From Adineta vaga (Eukaryota > Animalia > Rotifera), in NCBI GenBank assembly GCA_021613535.1, contig CP075497.1, positions 3,534,001 to 3,598,000 of the forward strand: a DNA stretch of 64,000 nucleotides, read 5' to 3'. The position numbers were made by a program, and so were the translations under genes. The notes under the pieces are model-generated. The model saw only the letters and a list, made by a program, of their open reading frames with translations. It did no database searches and was not told where the DNA came from. Below, in pieces: positions 24,482-38,144 of this stretch (position 1 is the first letter of the stretch; each line of letters begins with the position of its first letter).

Positions 24482-27400
24482 ATGCAACCAGGCGGGCAAA
24501 GTCTCGTTGATCGACTTTTAGCAGCGAAAAATACCATCGCTGGACAAGCTTTAGCAAAAGTTGTTTGTAAAGCAACAACGGAAGAAATTATGGGTCCAAA
24601 ACGAAAACATTTGGATTGTAAGCAATTTGAATTTGTTGATCGTTGAAATCTTATTGATTTTGTTTTCTTTATTTTTAGTTCTTTTACAAGCAACTAATGA
24701 GATGAATGTTTCAATTCCTCAATTAGCTGATTTATTGATTGAACGTACACAAAATTCATCATGGGTGGTTTCTTACAAGGCATTAATTACAATTCATCAT
24801 TTAATGTGTTTTGGAAACGAAGTAAAATTATCTTTTGAAACTGATTGTAAATTAAAATTTGATATTTTAGCGTTTTGAAGCTTATATGGCTTCACATAAT
24901 CATCGTCTACAACCGGCTGCTTACTTAGATCGAATGGGAATGCCAGGTGGTGATATGTCAAGTTATGTTCGACGTTACGCAAATTATTTAAATGAAAAAC
25001 GAGATGCATATAAATTGACAGGTTTTGATTTTTGTAAAATTAAACGAGGGTTAGTTTTCTTTGGATTAACTTTAATCTACCATGTTTCTCATTAATTTCT
25101 TTTTTTCTAGAAAAGATGATGGTGTTCTTCGAACAATGCCAACAGACAAGGTTTGAATTAAATTTTATAGAATTTAAAATCAAATTTATTCGATATTTTA
25201 GTTGCTGAAAGCATTACCGATTCTTCAAAAACAATTAGATGCTTTATTGGAATTTGAAGTAAGGAGATTGTGACTTTTATTTTATAGTCTAAATACAAAA
25301 ACAAAAGAAAACTTTAGGATAAAAAATTGAAATCTTCTGTAAGTTCAATTTGAAGTGGATTAAGACATTTTGAATATTAGCATGGGAATATGCATGAGAA
25401 TTAGTTCTTCTTTTCAAAAAAAATTCACACTTTGTCTTCTTTTCTCTAGGTGACACCAAATGAACTAACAAATGGTGTTATCAATAGTTGTTTCTTTCTT
25501 TTAATTAAAGATCTTATTCGTTTATATGCAGCTTTCAATGATGGAATGATTAATTTGCTTGGTAAACATTTCGTTACTGAAGAATAGAACTTTTCTCTTA
25601 ATTGATTTTTATTTTTTTAGAAAAATATTTCGATATGAATAAAAAACAATGCCGTGAAGGATTGGATATTTATAAGAGATTCCTTGAACGAACAGATAAA
25701 GTTTCCAGTTTCCTCAAAGTCGCCGAGGTAAGTGTCATTTCATTGAATCTTTTGAGACAATTTTCGATAAATAAAAACCGATAAAAATAAAACTTAGCGG
25801 TACAAACAATTATTCGACCGAGGGTTTCTGAGACAGGTAATGATGAATTTCGATCGCAATTAAGAATGATATACCTTCTTGATCACACTTTTAACTTTTG
25901 TTTTTTTTCACGAATCTAATCAAGTTTGTTTTGTATCTCTAGCAACTTTCAGTTTATGTTTATCGGGTTTGTCTTGCTCGACAGAAACGAATTCATTTTA
26001 ACTAAATCATGGCTTAGTTTTCTTTGCTTTTACTAGTTTGCGAGATACTAACATTAAGAAGAAAAGAAAACAAATGAAGAATTTTTGAAAATTCAATATT
26101 AATTCTTGTTTTTAGACATCGGGTATGGATCGAAGTGAAATTCCGGATTTATCACGAGTAAGTAATGATTATCATATGAGAAATAATGATTGTTTTCATG
26201 AGAATTCGTATACATCTATATAGAGAATTGATGACAATAGAGTAAGTGCGAGGGGAAATGGAGATAAAACTTGCATGATCATTTTTTTTTGACTAAATTA
26301 GAGATTATGAATGATTTTTTTTCGTATTAGAAAAATGATCTTGTATGAAATTTGATTTTTAGGCACCGAGTAGCCTTTTAGAAGCTTTGGAAAATCATTT
26401 GGCACATATGGAAGGTAAAAAGATTCCAGCTCAGGCATCGATTTCACGGTATTGAAAAAGGGAAATCTTTATGATGTTATAATTGATCGAATCTATTTTT
26501 CTAGACAACAAACTGAACAAGATTTGAAAAGTTTTTCACGCGATTTAATACTTAATGATAGTGATGATCCACAAAAGATTCTTGAAGAAGAGGCTAAAGC
26601 ACTAGCACAATTTAATAAAGTTCGTACATCAAACAAAACTATCATATTCATATTTGAAATATTGGATATTTATTTTTGTTTAGAATAAAGATTCATCATC
26701 ACCATCTGCATTTTCTTCAAATGCTCCGACAACAACATCGAGTGGAAATGGTTTTGGTGATACAGATTTCTTTTCTCAACACCAATCATCATCATCGAAT
26801 GGTCAATATTCAACACCGAATACTACTGTTCAACAGCAACAATTATTAACTGATGATCTTTTCTCATTTGCATCACCACCAGCACAAGCTGCTACAAATA
26901 CGTTCTTCAATAACAATCAAAACAGTTTTCCGGCATTTCAGCAACAACCATTCCAAAATGTACTCGATACATCAGTACCTAAAAGTAAGTACATAGATTT
27001 GTTATTGATTTATTTTCTCTGTAAATCGTTGAATGATAAACATTAATCTATATATAATTTTTTTTCCCTTAAAAAAGCGGAAGAAGCTCCGCATTATGAA
27101 ACATCGACATTATCAAATCTAAATGAAGGTAGTTTTCTAAATATTGTCGCATGTTCTACATTGTTTTGATCGCACGTAGAGACGTTTATTGTATTTATTG
27201 TTGTACAAATTCAACTCATTGATATATTTTAATGAATTGCAATATATTCGTATTTTAGCAAACTTTTTCGATGATATTCTTCAACCAACATCACTTTCAT
27301 CAGGCAAAAATGCATCAGCAGCACCATTATTTTCAAATAATCAAAACATTCCAACGACTACGAAACCACTTCAATCAGGTGATCTGAATTCATCATTAAA

Positions 27401-29810
27401 TCAATTACTTGAAAATCTCGATATTAAAAATCGATCAATGATTGGGTAAAGATTTTTGCTATCGAATGAATTGTATATGATTAATAAGTGATCTCGTTTT
27501 CTCTTGTATTCAGAAAAACTCATCAGTGGACACCAGATGATGGGAAAAATCAACAAAAAATTGGTGTGGGAAGTGGTAATCTGAATAGTCCTGGTTCAAC
27601 ATGGCCCAGTCAACCCGCAGCAGCTGGACCTTTTGGTGGCGTAAGTAGATTTAAACATTTTATCAAATAAAAATTGAATGATTTTCATATTAATCTCCTT
27701 TATCTGTTTAGATGGGTAGCGTTCAACAAAATACAGTATGGCAACAACCACCGCCTCAAGCATCATCAACCAATCCCTTCGCTGCGCCTACTGGCTCATC
27801 GGTATGTAATTTTCTTTTGTTTTTTCTTCTTTCTCTCTCTTTCACAATCAGCTGCTCGTATTCGTCGACATCATCGAGTCTCTTTTTTTGCCCACACATA
27901 TTTACAAAGTATTTTTTTCTTGCTCTTTTCTTATCTTTGTGCTTCAATTATGCAAGCACATTCACGCATTTATTTTTTTTTTCTTCTCTCCCTTTTTGCT
28001 CATTCGCTCGTTACACACACTAGTTAGATATGATTTATTTGCATTTGCTTGCATTTTCTTCAGTTGACTATGTTTTTTCTCTCGACTCACTACAGCAGCA
28101 AGCAATGATACCCCTTTTTCAAACATCTCTTTTGACGAATAAAAAAACCGACAAACGAGCGAGTCATTTGCCTATCTAACTTTCATTATTCGCTTCGTCT
28201 CTTTCACTCTCTCTCTCTCTCCCTCTCTTTTATGCATGCACATGTGCTTTACTAGCAACTCAATGTGCACATTTTAACTGAAAAAGAGACAAGCAAGCAG
28301 CAACAACCAAACATAAAACACAAGTTGCATTAACGTTTTGTGCACACAGGCACATTGAGTTTAGTTGTAGTGATGTCTCTCTCTGCTGTGTATGTGTGTG
28401 TATGTGCGGGCGCACAAACACGAGTCTCCTTCTTTTTCCCCCTGTCCCTCTCTCATTTTTCTTGCATTAACGACAAGCAGTCATTTGATTTTACGTATGT
28501 AATGATAGAAGCAGCAGTATTATCAAGAAAAAATATGCTTTTATACGAGCTTTTTTCTCGATTCGTCTTCGATGTATTTTAACATGAAGAAAAATACGTT
28601 GGAAATTTGATTTGAGCTGAGTAAAACTAGTAAGTACTTATACAATTTATTCCCAATAACTTTCCTATTTTAACCCCTATATTCACACACACACACATAC
28701 ACACATGCAGAGAAAGAGATCTGTTGCATTACTCAATAATGTCTATATCTACTGAAAAAGTTTACATGTAGTCTTGAGAAATTTCGAGTCATCATCGAAT
28801 TACTGATGTTGCTAGCTAGATGTCAGGTTATATCAAATAAAAATAAATGATTCTTAAAGATTCTATTGCGATATTGAAATTAAATAATAGATCAATAAAA
28901 GAAATATATCATGACATATTCATTAAATCACATCTATAATAGATGAATAATCAAAAGTATGGTTGATTACTCTCTTGAGGAAGATCATTTGAAATAATGA
29001 CAAAGAAAGTAATGAAGATTGATTATATTCTATGTTGAATTTGTTATTCAGTATTATGTCGTTCTATTCATTCAAACATCAGATATAAAGAGATGATTCA
29101 TTGTCTATTATTCTCAATAAACCTTCGGACACTTCAATATTGAGTAATTATACAATTACGATGCTTGCTTTGATTGAGTTTTCGAGAAAATGAAATCTTG
29201 TAGATTAGAAACGTAATTATCTCTAGAAGTATTCTTTCGTACGCTAAATAAATTCGATCTGAATGATTAACTTATGCTATATTATTTTGCATTTAAATAG
29301 ATGTACATGACGAATGTAATGCGTCCATATTATCCTGTGGTAATAAAATAAACCTTCTTTCTCATATGTGTATTTGTGGGATTTGAGAAAATAACTAAAT
29401 GAATGATTAATTTATCCAATCTATCATTCGCATTAATTGCTATGTTAATTATTATAGCTAATCTATCTAGTTGCAAAGCTTTGATGCATAATATGCTTTT
29501 GCTTGGGAAAGTTTTGGTGAATAGATTATTTTTTAATTGAAAGATTCTAACACAAGCTTTGATACGTAACAAGGCATATTCTAATAAAAGTATTGCATGA
29601 GTTTACCAAATCGTTTCGTTTTTGTTATTTATACAGATCATATTGATTGTAAATTTATTTTAGCAAACGGGCTTTGGTGGTCAAGGTGCACGACCTACAG
29701 GGGCAAATACGAATCCATTTGCTGCTCCGCAACCATTTGGTGCAGCATCATTTGGTCAACCAGCAAAAACAAATCAATCGCAGGTTAATGATCCATTTGG
29801 TGATCTTTAA
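24482..29810 (+). CDS. PICALM: Clathrin assembly protein PICALM/AP180 (ANTH domain plus NPF/DPF tail; lap/unc-11 family)
   Basis: [80 protein letters not shown]|[16 protein letters not shown] motifs; stop TAA 29808-29810. Confidence 0.95.
25318..25338 (+). CDS. Candidate PICALM microexon (DKKLKSS)
   Basis: TTTAG|21 nt|GTAAGT, phase 0, inside a 193-nt intron; TGCATG downstream. Confidence 0.55.
25798..25836 (+). CDS. Candidate PICALM cassette exon ([13 protein letters not shown])
   Basis: CTTAG|39 nt|GTAATG, phase 0; weak A-rich acceptor. Confidence 0.4.
26224..26241 (+). CDS. Candidate PICALM microexon (RIDDNR)
   Basis: TATAG|18 nt|GTAAGT, phase 0; TGCATG about 30 nt downstream. Confidence 0.55.
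27078..27128 (+). CDS. Candidate PICALM cassette exon ([17 protein letters not shown])
   Basis: AAAAG|51 nt|GTAGTT, symmetrical phase 1 matching the flanking exons. Confidence 0.6.
28478..28498 (+). CDS. Candidate PICALM microexon (QSFDFTY)
   Basis: TTGCATTAACGACAAG|21 nt|GTAATG, phase 0; NAGNAG acceptor allows an 18-nt variant. Confidence 0.4.
29301..29339 (+). CDS. Candidate PICALM small exon ([13 protein letters not shown])
   Basis: TTGCATTTAAATAG|39 nt|GTAATA, phase 0; resembles the vertebrate PICALM IYSQPVMRP segment. Confidence 0.7.
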
Positions 29811-31023
29811 ATCTTCGATCAATACCAGCAACATAAAAAGACTTTTAAAAAACTCAAGAGACAGAGAGAAAATCCAATCATTTCCCTTTTGTCTTGTGCA
29901 ATGCTTTATTTAATTTAATTGTCTTCGTCAAAACATCCTTATTATAATCAAAACGTAGTCGATCCATGAACATTCCACCCAACAATTTATTATCACCTTC
30001 TTCGATTTATCTCTAGTCACCTGATCCAAAGAAATACAAAGAAGAAAAAAAAACATTCAAAAAAAGACTCCATTCGACGTTGTACCTGTTAGATCTGATA
30101 GACTGCGCTACTTCTCCTCCTCCTGATCTCTGCAAGTACGCATGTTTTCTTTTCTTAATCTCTCTTATTCTTAATATCAACATTTCCTAAATTTAATGTT
30201 TTCACTTATGTAATTTGTATCCTAAGCCAAAAGCCAAAAACAAAAAAAACGAAAAACGAAAAAAAAAACTTATTTTTCTATATCTTGTGAGTGTGCGTGT
30301 TTGATTAAATTTCTGTTTTCTCTTTTTCAAATTACTAGCACTGTTGCCTTCTTTCTTAAACTTCTTCCTTTACTTATCCTACCATCCTTATTTATTGTCA
30401 TAATTGATTATTCGTGTCTGTACAATCTCTTTTCTTCTCTCATATATACCACCGGTTTCTCATCGTGTAGATTGAAATTATCTCTAATTTCTTCTTTTTT
30501 TTCGTCTCATCAAACAAATATGTGTGTTTGTTGTTGGTGATTTTACCTTTTTTTCTCCTCTCACAATTTTTTTTTCTTCATAAAAAGAAATTTTCATTAA
30601 ATAGTGTCATAAAACGAAATCATTGTCTTTTATTCCTTTGCATGAGAGATTTCATAATCGATGTTTTGAGATTTCAATTGTTCAATGAAAAGTAATGTAT
30701 TTCGATGATTTCTCTGTTTTAATGATATATTTCATCTATATTTATTTCTCTTTTCCAGGATGAATTTCTTAGATGGATGTTGATCTTAACAATGAAAGAT
30801 GGGTGGTGAGTGATTCTAATCTAAATAATTTCTTTAATCGACAATAGTCGTCGCTACTTCCCAGTCAGTTGTCTTTTTCTATTCATAACTTATCGACGTC
30901 GGCAAGCGACATTGCGCGACCGTGCTATTCACATATATACTTCATCTAGTGAAAACAAAAGTGGATGATGAAGGCGTCGCTATCGTCCGTTCGGTAGAAA
31001 AGAGGTCTCGAGTATGTCATAGT

Positions 31024-31033
31024 CAAGATGGCG
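31024..31033 (+). promoter_or_regulatory. YY1/PHO-like site (CAAGATGGCG) upstream of the CHD1 ATG
   Basis: Consensus match in the CpG-richer stretch 5' of the gene. Confidence 0.35.
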
Positions 31034-31152
31034 ATGTAATCGTGAAAGAAAAAAGAAAATCGAAAATAAAACAACATACATACATATATCTAGATCCCAT
31101 GTGTTGAGTGTATGTGCTCATCGTATGATATTGTTATACTTTATTACAATCA

Positions 31153-34100
31153 ATGTTCAGGTAATGAAAATAAATAGGATTACGAAGATATGATTAGAAA
31201 GTTCCGCTGTTGAAGTGCAGAAAAACTTGGTGAAAATATTTGTTTATGTTATTTACATTCGACGAAAAAATGTTCATTTAGCGTTTTTTAAGCGAATTTT
31301 TTCAGTTTTTAGTCGATGAAAAGGATTAAATGATAGATGAGAATCATCTCATGTATAGTTTCTTGTTTTTGAGAAGACCTTGGCTAAAAAGGAAATTTCC
31401 TGAAGTGTTAAAATACGAATATATTTTTTAGAAAAACTGGACATTTTTGAATTTCCTAGTGAAGTACTCATTAGAATAAACAAAATTATATATAAAAAAG
31501 TTTATAAAATTATCGATAAATAAAGTACGATTTAGAAATTCCCAGTTTAGACGGTTGTTTTTCTCTCGGACGAGTTTGAGAAAAGTTCGATATAAGAAAG
31601 TATTTGCGGTTTTTTTGACAGATGGTCACATGTCAATGAATATAAATGAATTTTCTTTTCGATTTTCTTTTCATAGCAATTCCAATACTCAACATCAGTT
31701 AAACAGTGATTATCGAACAACACTTGATCATCATCAGTTGAATGACGATGATGAATCGAATCCTATTGAGCAAAATTCTAGTTTATCACATTTTATAACA
31801 TCAGCAAAAAGATTAGATGACGATGAAGAAGATGAACCTCTTCTGTCACGACAACGGCAAAGTCAAAAACAAACAACAACAGTAACGAATACAAATGTGC
31901 TGCATAGTTCAGATGAATCTGAACAACATCAAGAAAGGTTAAGTGATAGTGATGAAGATGCTGAAGCAAGTGAAGAAGAAGGAGATGATAATGATGATGA
32001 TGATGATGATGCTGCTGAAGAAGAAGAGGACGATGATGAAGATGAAGACGCAAGTGAAGATGATGAAGATGATAATGACGATGATGATGATGATGACGAT
32101 TTTGATGATAAAAGAAGATCAAAAGGAAAATCGAAACGAGGTTTTGGTCAAGCCAAAGCTAAATCCATAAAACAAGTAAATATTTCTTTTCATACACAAT
32201 ATTCATACGAAAAACTATCTTCAATGGCCGAAAAAGATCCTTTTCAACTTAATACGAGATGTAGTTATATCATTATCAATTAGATTAATAACTTTGCGAT
32301 AAATTCATAGTGATGATGGGTTATTTCCTACATATCACAACGATAGAGATCTTCGATAGCCAACGTCGCTATTCACTATGAGAATGTTTAACAGCTAAAA
32401 TAAATATGATCAACTACAGATTGCATATTAAATATAACGAAAAAACATATTCTATATAATTCTTTATTCAGACTAAACGTTCCAAGAGTGCTACGACGAA
32501 TGCATCATCTACGCGTAAGCGTCAACGAACATCATCATCAACCAGTTTTGCATCTGCATCGAAAAAGCCTCGTCGCCAACCATCAACAGGTGGTGGAAAT
32601 TCGTCGACTTCATTAAATAAACGAAAAAATCGTCGAACAGCTGCAGCAAATCCAATCAATTATCATGAACAATCCGATGATGATGATATGAATGATCAAG
32701 CGCGACGTAAAGCGAAAAAACAACAACGTCATTTATCATCAAATTCCGATTCAGATGATGATCAAAATAGCAATAATGATGATGAATCCAATTCAAATGA
32801 ATATCATCAACAAACCAAATCCAATCTTGTCACTGATCTTGAAATCAATACTGCTAAACGACAAACAAAAGTTCGAACATCCGATAATTTATCATCATCC
32901 GGTGAAGGAATAACATTAGTAACAGATGAACCATCATCCGAAATTATTGAAAAAGTTTTAAAAGTACGTTTTGGTCGTAGAGATGCGACGGGTCCATCGA
33001 CTACTATATATAATATTGATGAATTCGGTGATCCAAATGCGAATTATAACGGTGATGATGAAAGTCAATTGGATGGTGAACAACAGTTTTTAATCAAATG
33101 GAAAAATTGGTCACATTTACATAATACATGGGAAAGTCGATCAAGTTTACATCAATCACATGTGAAAAATTCACGTATTTTAGAAAATTTTCTTAAACAA
33201 CATGAACAAACACGTTTATGGCGTCGTGAAAATTTAAATATGGATGAAATTGAATTATTTGAATGTCAGCAAGAATTAAGTGATACAGCATTAGCTGGTT
33301 ATCAACAAGTTGAACGTATAGTTGCACATGAAAAAAATCGTGAACTAGACAATACATATGATTACCTATGTAAATGGGATGGTTTACAATATAGTGAATG
33401 TACATGGGAAGATGGAAATCTAATTGGTAAAAGATTTCAAGATAAAATTGATGAATATAATGTAAGACAGACTCAACAAGGAGAAGATTTACTATTACAA
33501 CAACAACAACAAGCAAATAGTGGAAGTGGAAGAAAGAAAACAGCGATAATTCGACCGCGATTTTCACCGATTACAGTTCAACCATTGTATTTAGCTCCGG
33601 AAGAAACTGAGTTTAAATTACGAGATTATCAATTAGAAGGCTTAAATTGGTTAGCACACTCATGGTGTAAACAAAATTCCGTGATATTAGCCGATGAAAT
33701 GGGACTTGGTAACGTTTTTTTTATTTATGAAAAGAAATTCATCTTTATTTCTTGTTTTTGAAATTTTAGGTAAAACTATTCAAACAATATCGTTTCTTTC
33801 CTATGTATTCGAAGAACATCATGTTCATGGTCCATTTCTTATAGCTGTACCTCTATCAACGATTCAAGGTTGGCAACAAGAATTTCATCGTTGGGCACCA
33901 CAGATGAATACTATTATCTATATTGGTGATATGGTTTCACGTGAAAAAATCCGTCATTTTGAAATGTATCAATCTGGCAATAAAAAACAACTGAAATTCC
34001 ATGCTTTATTAACAACATATGATTTTCTCTTAAAAGATAGTAAATATTTATCATCAATCAATTGGAGTGTTATACTTGTTGATGAAGCTCATCGTTTAAA

Positions 34101-37100
34101 AAATGATGATTCAATGCTTTATCGAACATTAATTCAATTTGAGTCGCAACATCGAATATTAATTACAGGTACACCATTACAAAATTCTTTAAAAGAATTA
34201 TGGTCATTGTTACATTTTATAATGCCAAATTATTTTGATGATTGGAATCATTTTGATTCCAAATATTCCTCATTATTAACATCCAATGATACAAGTTCAG
34301 TAAAACGTTCAAGTGATTTACATAAAGAATTAGAACCATTTCTATTACGACGTATAAAACGTGATGTAGAAAAATCTTTACCAGCAAAAGTTGAACAAAT
34401 TCTTCGTGTTGAAATGACACGTTTACAAAAACAATATTATAAATGGATATTAACAAGAAATTATCGAGCATTAACCAATGAACGTGGAGGAAGTTTACCA
34501 TCATTTATTAATATTATGATGGAATTAAAAAAATGTGCTAATCATGCTTTTTTTGTTAAACGTGATGATGAAAATAATGCGACACTTGATGTAAGAAAAT
34601 CATATTAGAATACTTTGAAATGAACTTTTTTCTTCAATTGTTTTATTTAGGAAATAATCAAAGGCAGTGGGAAGTTATTATTATTGGATAAATTGTTATT
34701 AAAATTACGTGCAAGCAATCATCGAGTTCTAATCTTTTCTCAAATGGTTAAGATGCTCAATATATTAGCAGAATATTGTAAATTAAGACGATTTCCATTC
34801 CAGGTAAAATTTCATCTTTGAATTCAGATGTTTTGTTTTTGCATGAAAACAAATCGCTCTTTTTTTTTAGAGACTTGATGGTTCTATGAAAGGTGAAATA
34901 CGTCGTCAAGCATTGAATAGTTTTAATCGTGAAGCATCGGAAGATTTTATTTTTCTTCTTTCAACACGTGCTGGTGGTTTAGGTATTAATTTAGCTACTG
35001 CTGATACCGTTATTATTTACGATAGTGATTGGAATCCTCAAAATGATCTTCAAGCTCAAGCACGTGCACATCGTATTGGACAAACGAAACAAGTCAATAT
35101 TTATCGTCTTGTCGCTAAACAATCCGTTGAAGAAACAATTATTGAACGTGCAAAACAAAAAATGGTTTTAGATCATTTAGTTATTCAACGTATGGATACG
35201 ACAGGTCGTAATGCATTTCAAAATTTAAATAATACATCATCATCATCAACAACAACTGATAATCGTCCATTGACAAAAGAAGAATTGAATACAATCATTA
35301 AATTCGGTGCTGAAGATTTATTTAAAGAAAATTCGACAAATGACGAAGGTTCAGTCGAAGAAGAATCTCAAAAAATTGATATCGATGAAATTCTTCGTCG
35401 AGCTGAAACACGACAAGATGATGATTCATCATTAAGAAGCAGTAGTGAAGATCTTCTTTCTCAATTTAAAATTGCAAATATTCAAACAATGGAAGATGAT
35501 GTAATTGAACCAACAGCAATTGTGAATAGAAATAAAAGTTGGAAAGATATTATTCCCGAATCTGAACGGCAAAAATTCGATGATGAATGTCTAGCTGAAT
35601 TAACAACTCCTCTACCGCCACGTAGTCGAAAACGTGTGGAATTATTTAATGCAACATCAGAATTAGATAATAATAATAATACAAATCGTCGTTCACATAT
35701 TGATATTATCTTGAATGAATTTACGGCCAACGAAATTCGACGATTTATCAAAAGTTTCAAAAAATTTCCTGATCCACTTCAACGTCTTGATGCCATTACA
35801 ATGGATGCTGAATTAGAAGATAAATCTCGACAAGATATTGAAGAATTAGCTAAACATTTGTATAATGAATGTTTAACAGCTGTTGAACAACATACAAATG
35901 AATTAAGTCCAACAACAAATACTCAATCATCTTTATCACCAAAAGATGACCAAACAAATCAACGTGATAAAATACCGACAATTCGTTTACATAATGTAAC
36001 AATCAATGCTTTACAATTAATCAATTCTATACGAGATTTTGAACCATTGAAAAAATTTTGTCATTCAAATAATGAACAACGAAAATCGAATTCATTTCCA
36101 TCGGGAATGAAAATTAAACCAGTACATTGGTCATGTACATGGTCATTAGATGATGATAAAGCACTTTTACGTGGTATAAATGAATATGGATATTCAAATT
36201 GGGAGCAAATAAAAATGGAACCTGAATTAGGTCTTTCATCGAAAATTCTTCTTGGTGATAAACAATTAAAACCACAAGCAAATCATTTACAAACACGAGC
36301 AGATTATCTTCTACGTTTATTAAAACAATACTATGAAAATCCATCGAATAAAAAGAAAGATATTGGAAAGAAAAAATCATCTACAACACAACTAGCAACT
36401 AAAAAGACGAAATTCTCTGCCGATGATAATGGTAATGGATCGAATTCAATGAAACGACAACGACGTACAAATGGGCCAACAAATAGTTCGAATGATAAAC
36501 AACCAAAATCAAAAGAAATTATTGAAAATTCAAGTGGAGATGAAGATTTAATAGCGAATAAATCGACGAAAAAGAAACTCACAAATCATTCCAATACTAA
36601 ACACATCGACGAAAAAGTACATCTAAATTTATATGAACTTAAATCATGTACAATATTCTATATTTTAGGTAACGAAACAACCATTGAAAAAAGAAGAAGA
36701 AAATGTTTCGAATGATATGTTTCAACAGGTAAATATCAGATTGATAAATCGAATTCATTTATAAATACGTTTGTTTTTCTTTCATTAGTGTAAAGAATTA
36801 CTTCGACCAGTTAAAAAATGGTTTAGCCGACTCGATGCTCCCGAAGATGCATTTGATTCTCAAGATGATTATACTCGAGAATTTGAAAAATGTTTATTAA
36901 AAATTGGTGATCAAATTGAAGCTGTTCTTCGAACTAAAACCGATGATGATTATCAAACATATCGTCATAATCTTTGGTCATTTGTTTCGAAATTTACAAC
37001 AAAATTAACTGATACTCAGTTGAAGAAATCTTATCGAACATTTGTGAAAAAACGAAATGAAGAAAGTGTTACATCGAATCAAACACAAAAACCTTCACAA

Positions 37101-38144
37101 TATCATCAACATAATTCCTATCCTCAATCGAATACGAAAAGTCGTCCTTCAGAACAAGATGAAACATATCGAAAAGCTGGTTGGGGATCATCTTCTCAAT
37201 CAAATACAACTAATAGTACGAATTTAAACTCGAATAGTAATCGAAATATGAAAGATTCACGACTGAAACATTCATCGACTATGCCATTAACTAAATCATC
37301 AAGATCTGAACAGATGAATAATACCATTGGTTCAACAAATACTGGTACAACTTCTTCAGATTATGATGCACATCATCATCAACAGCATCATAATTCCTAT
37401 GATCGTACTCGACATCATACCAGTGGAAGTAATACTAATACTAATGCTAACAATAATAATCGAAGATCTTATCATGATTCTACCGGTGATACCTCATCAG
37501 ATTATCGTAATAATTATCATCGAGATCGAGATCGTGAACGTGAACGTGATCGAGATCGAGACAAGTAAGAAGTCAATTGAATATTTTTTCTATATATCTA
37601 TGTATGAAAAATGCTTTTTTGTTCGAATAGTTCATCTCGTGGACCAAGACGTTATGATTCGATGCCATCACGTTATGACCAATCTTCTTATAACAATCGT
37701 TCATCATTTCAAAGTAATTTTTCGCAACCGCCTCCACCCTATGATGAATCTCGATCGTCATTATCATCCAATCGTTCAGGTGGAAACAACAATAATAAAA
37801 ATCGATCCTCGCAAAATGTTCCGCAACCACCTTCAGCACCTCCTCCTCTACCACCACCGCCACCACCTCTTCTACCTCCACCACCAACAATGCCTGGATC
37901 GGACATATTTCAATCGATTTATTTACAGTACTATGATATGTATATGCAACAAGCTACTGGGCTTTCTTCTTCTTCCCAACCATCGACAACAAATTCCATG
38001 TAAGGAATAATCTTTGAAAAGAATTAGAATTGTAAGAAACACTGATTTCTATGATTTAGTTCTCCGAACAGCTATGCTGAAATGGCTGCTGACTATGCTC
38101 GTCAACAAACTCAGTCATCAGCATCTCAATCATCAAAACAATGA
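31153..38144 (+). CDS. CHD1: Chromodomain-helicase-DNA-binding protein 1/2
   Basis: Tandem chromodomains ([16 protein letters not shown]; [16 protein letters not shown]), ILADEMGLG|[26 protein letters not shown] ([15 protein letters not shown]), C-terminal CHCT-like helix; first exon 31153-31160; stop TGA 38142-38144. Confidence 0.95.
31938..32110 (+). repeat. Coding (GAT/GAA)n low-complexity tract encoding poly-Asp/Glu in the CHD1 N-terminus
   Basis: Imperfect GAT repeats seen directly. Confidence 0.85.

Noticed and set aside
28063-28180. Possible alternative terminal PICALM exons after TGC-rich acceptors (LTMFF...* or QQAMIP...*)
   Set aside because: Two competing acceptors, no homology support, and no way to choose without transcripts.
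31793-32170. Poly-His and poly-Met ORFs
   Set aside because: Alternative-frame and antisense shadows of the CHD1 (GAT)n acidic tract.
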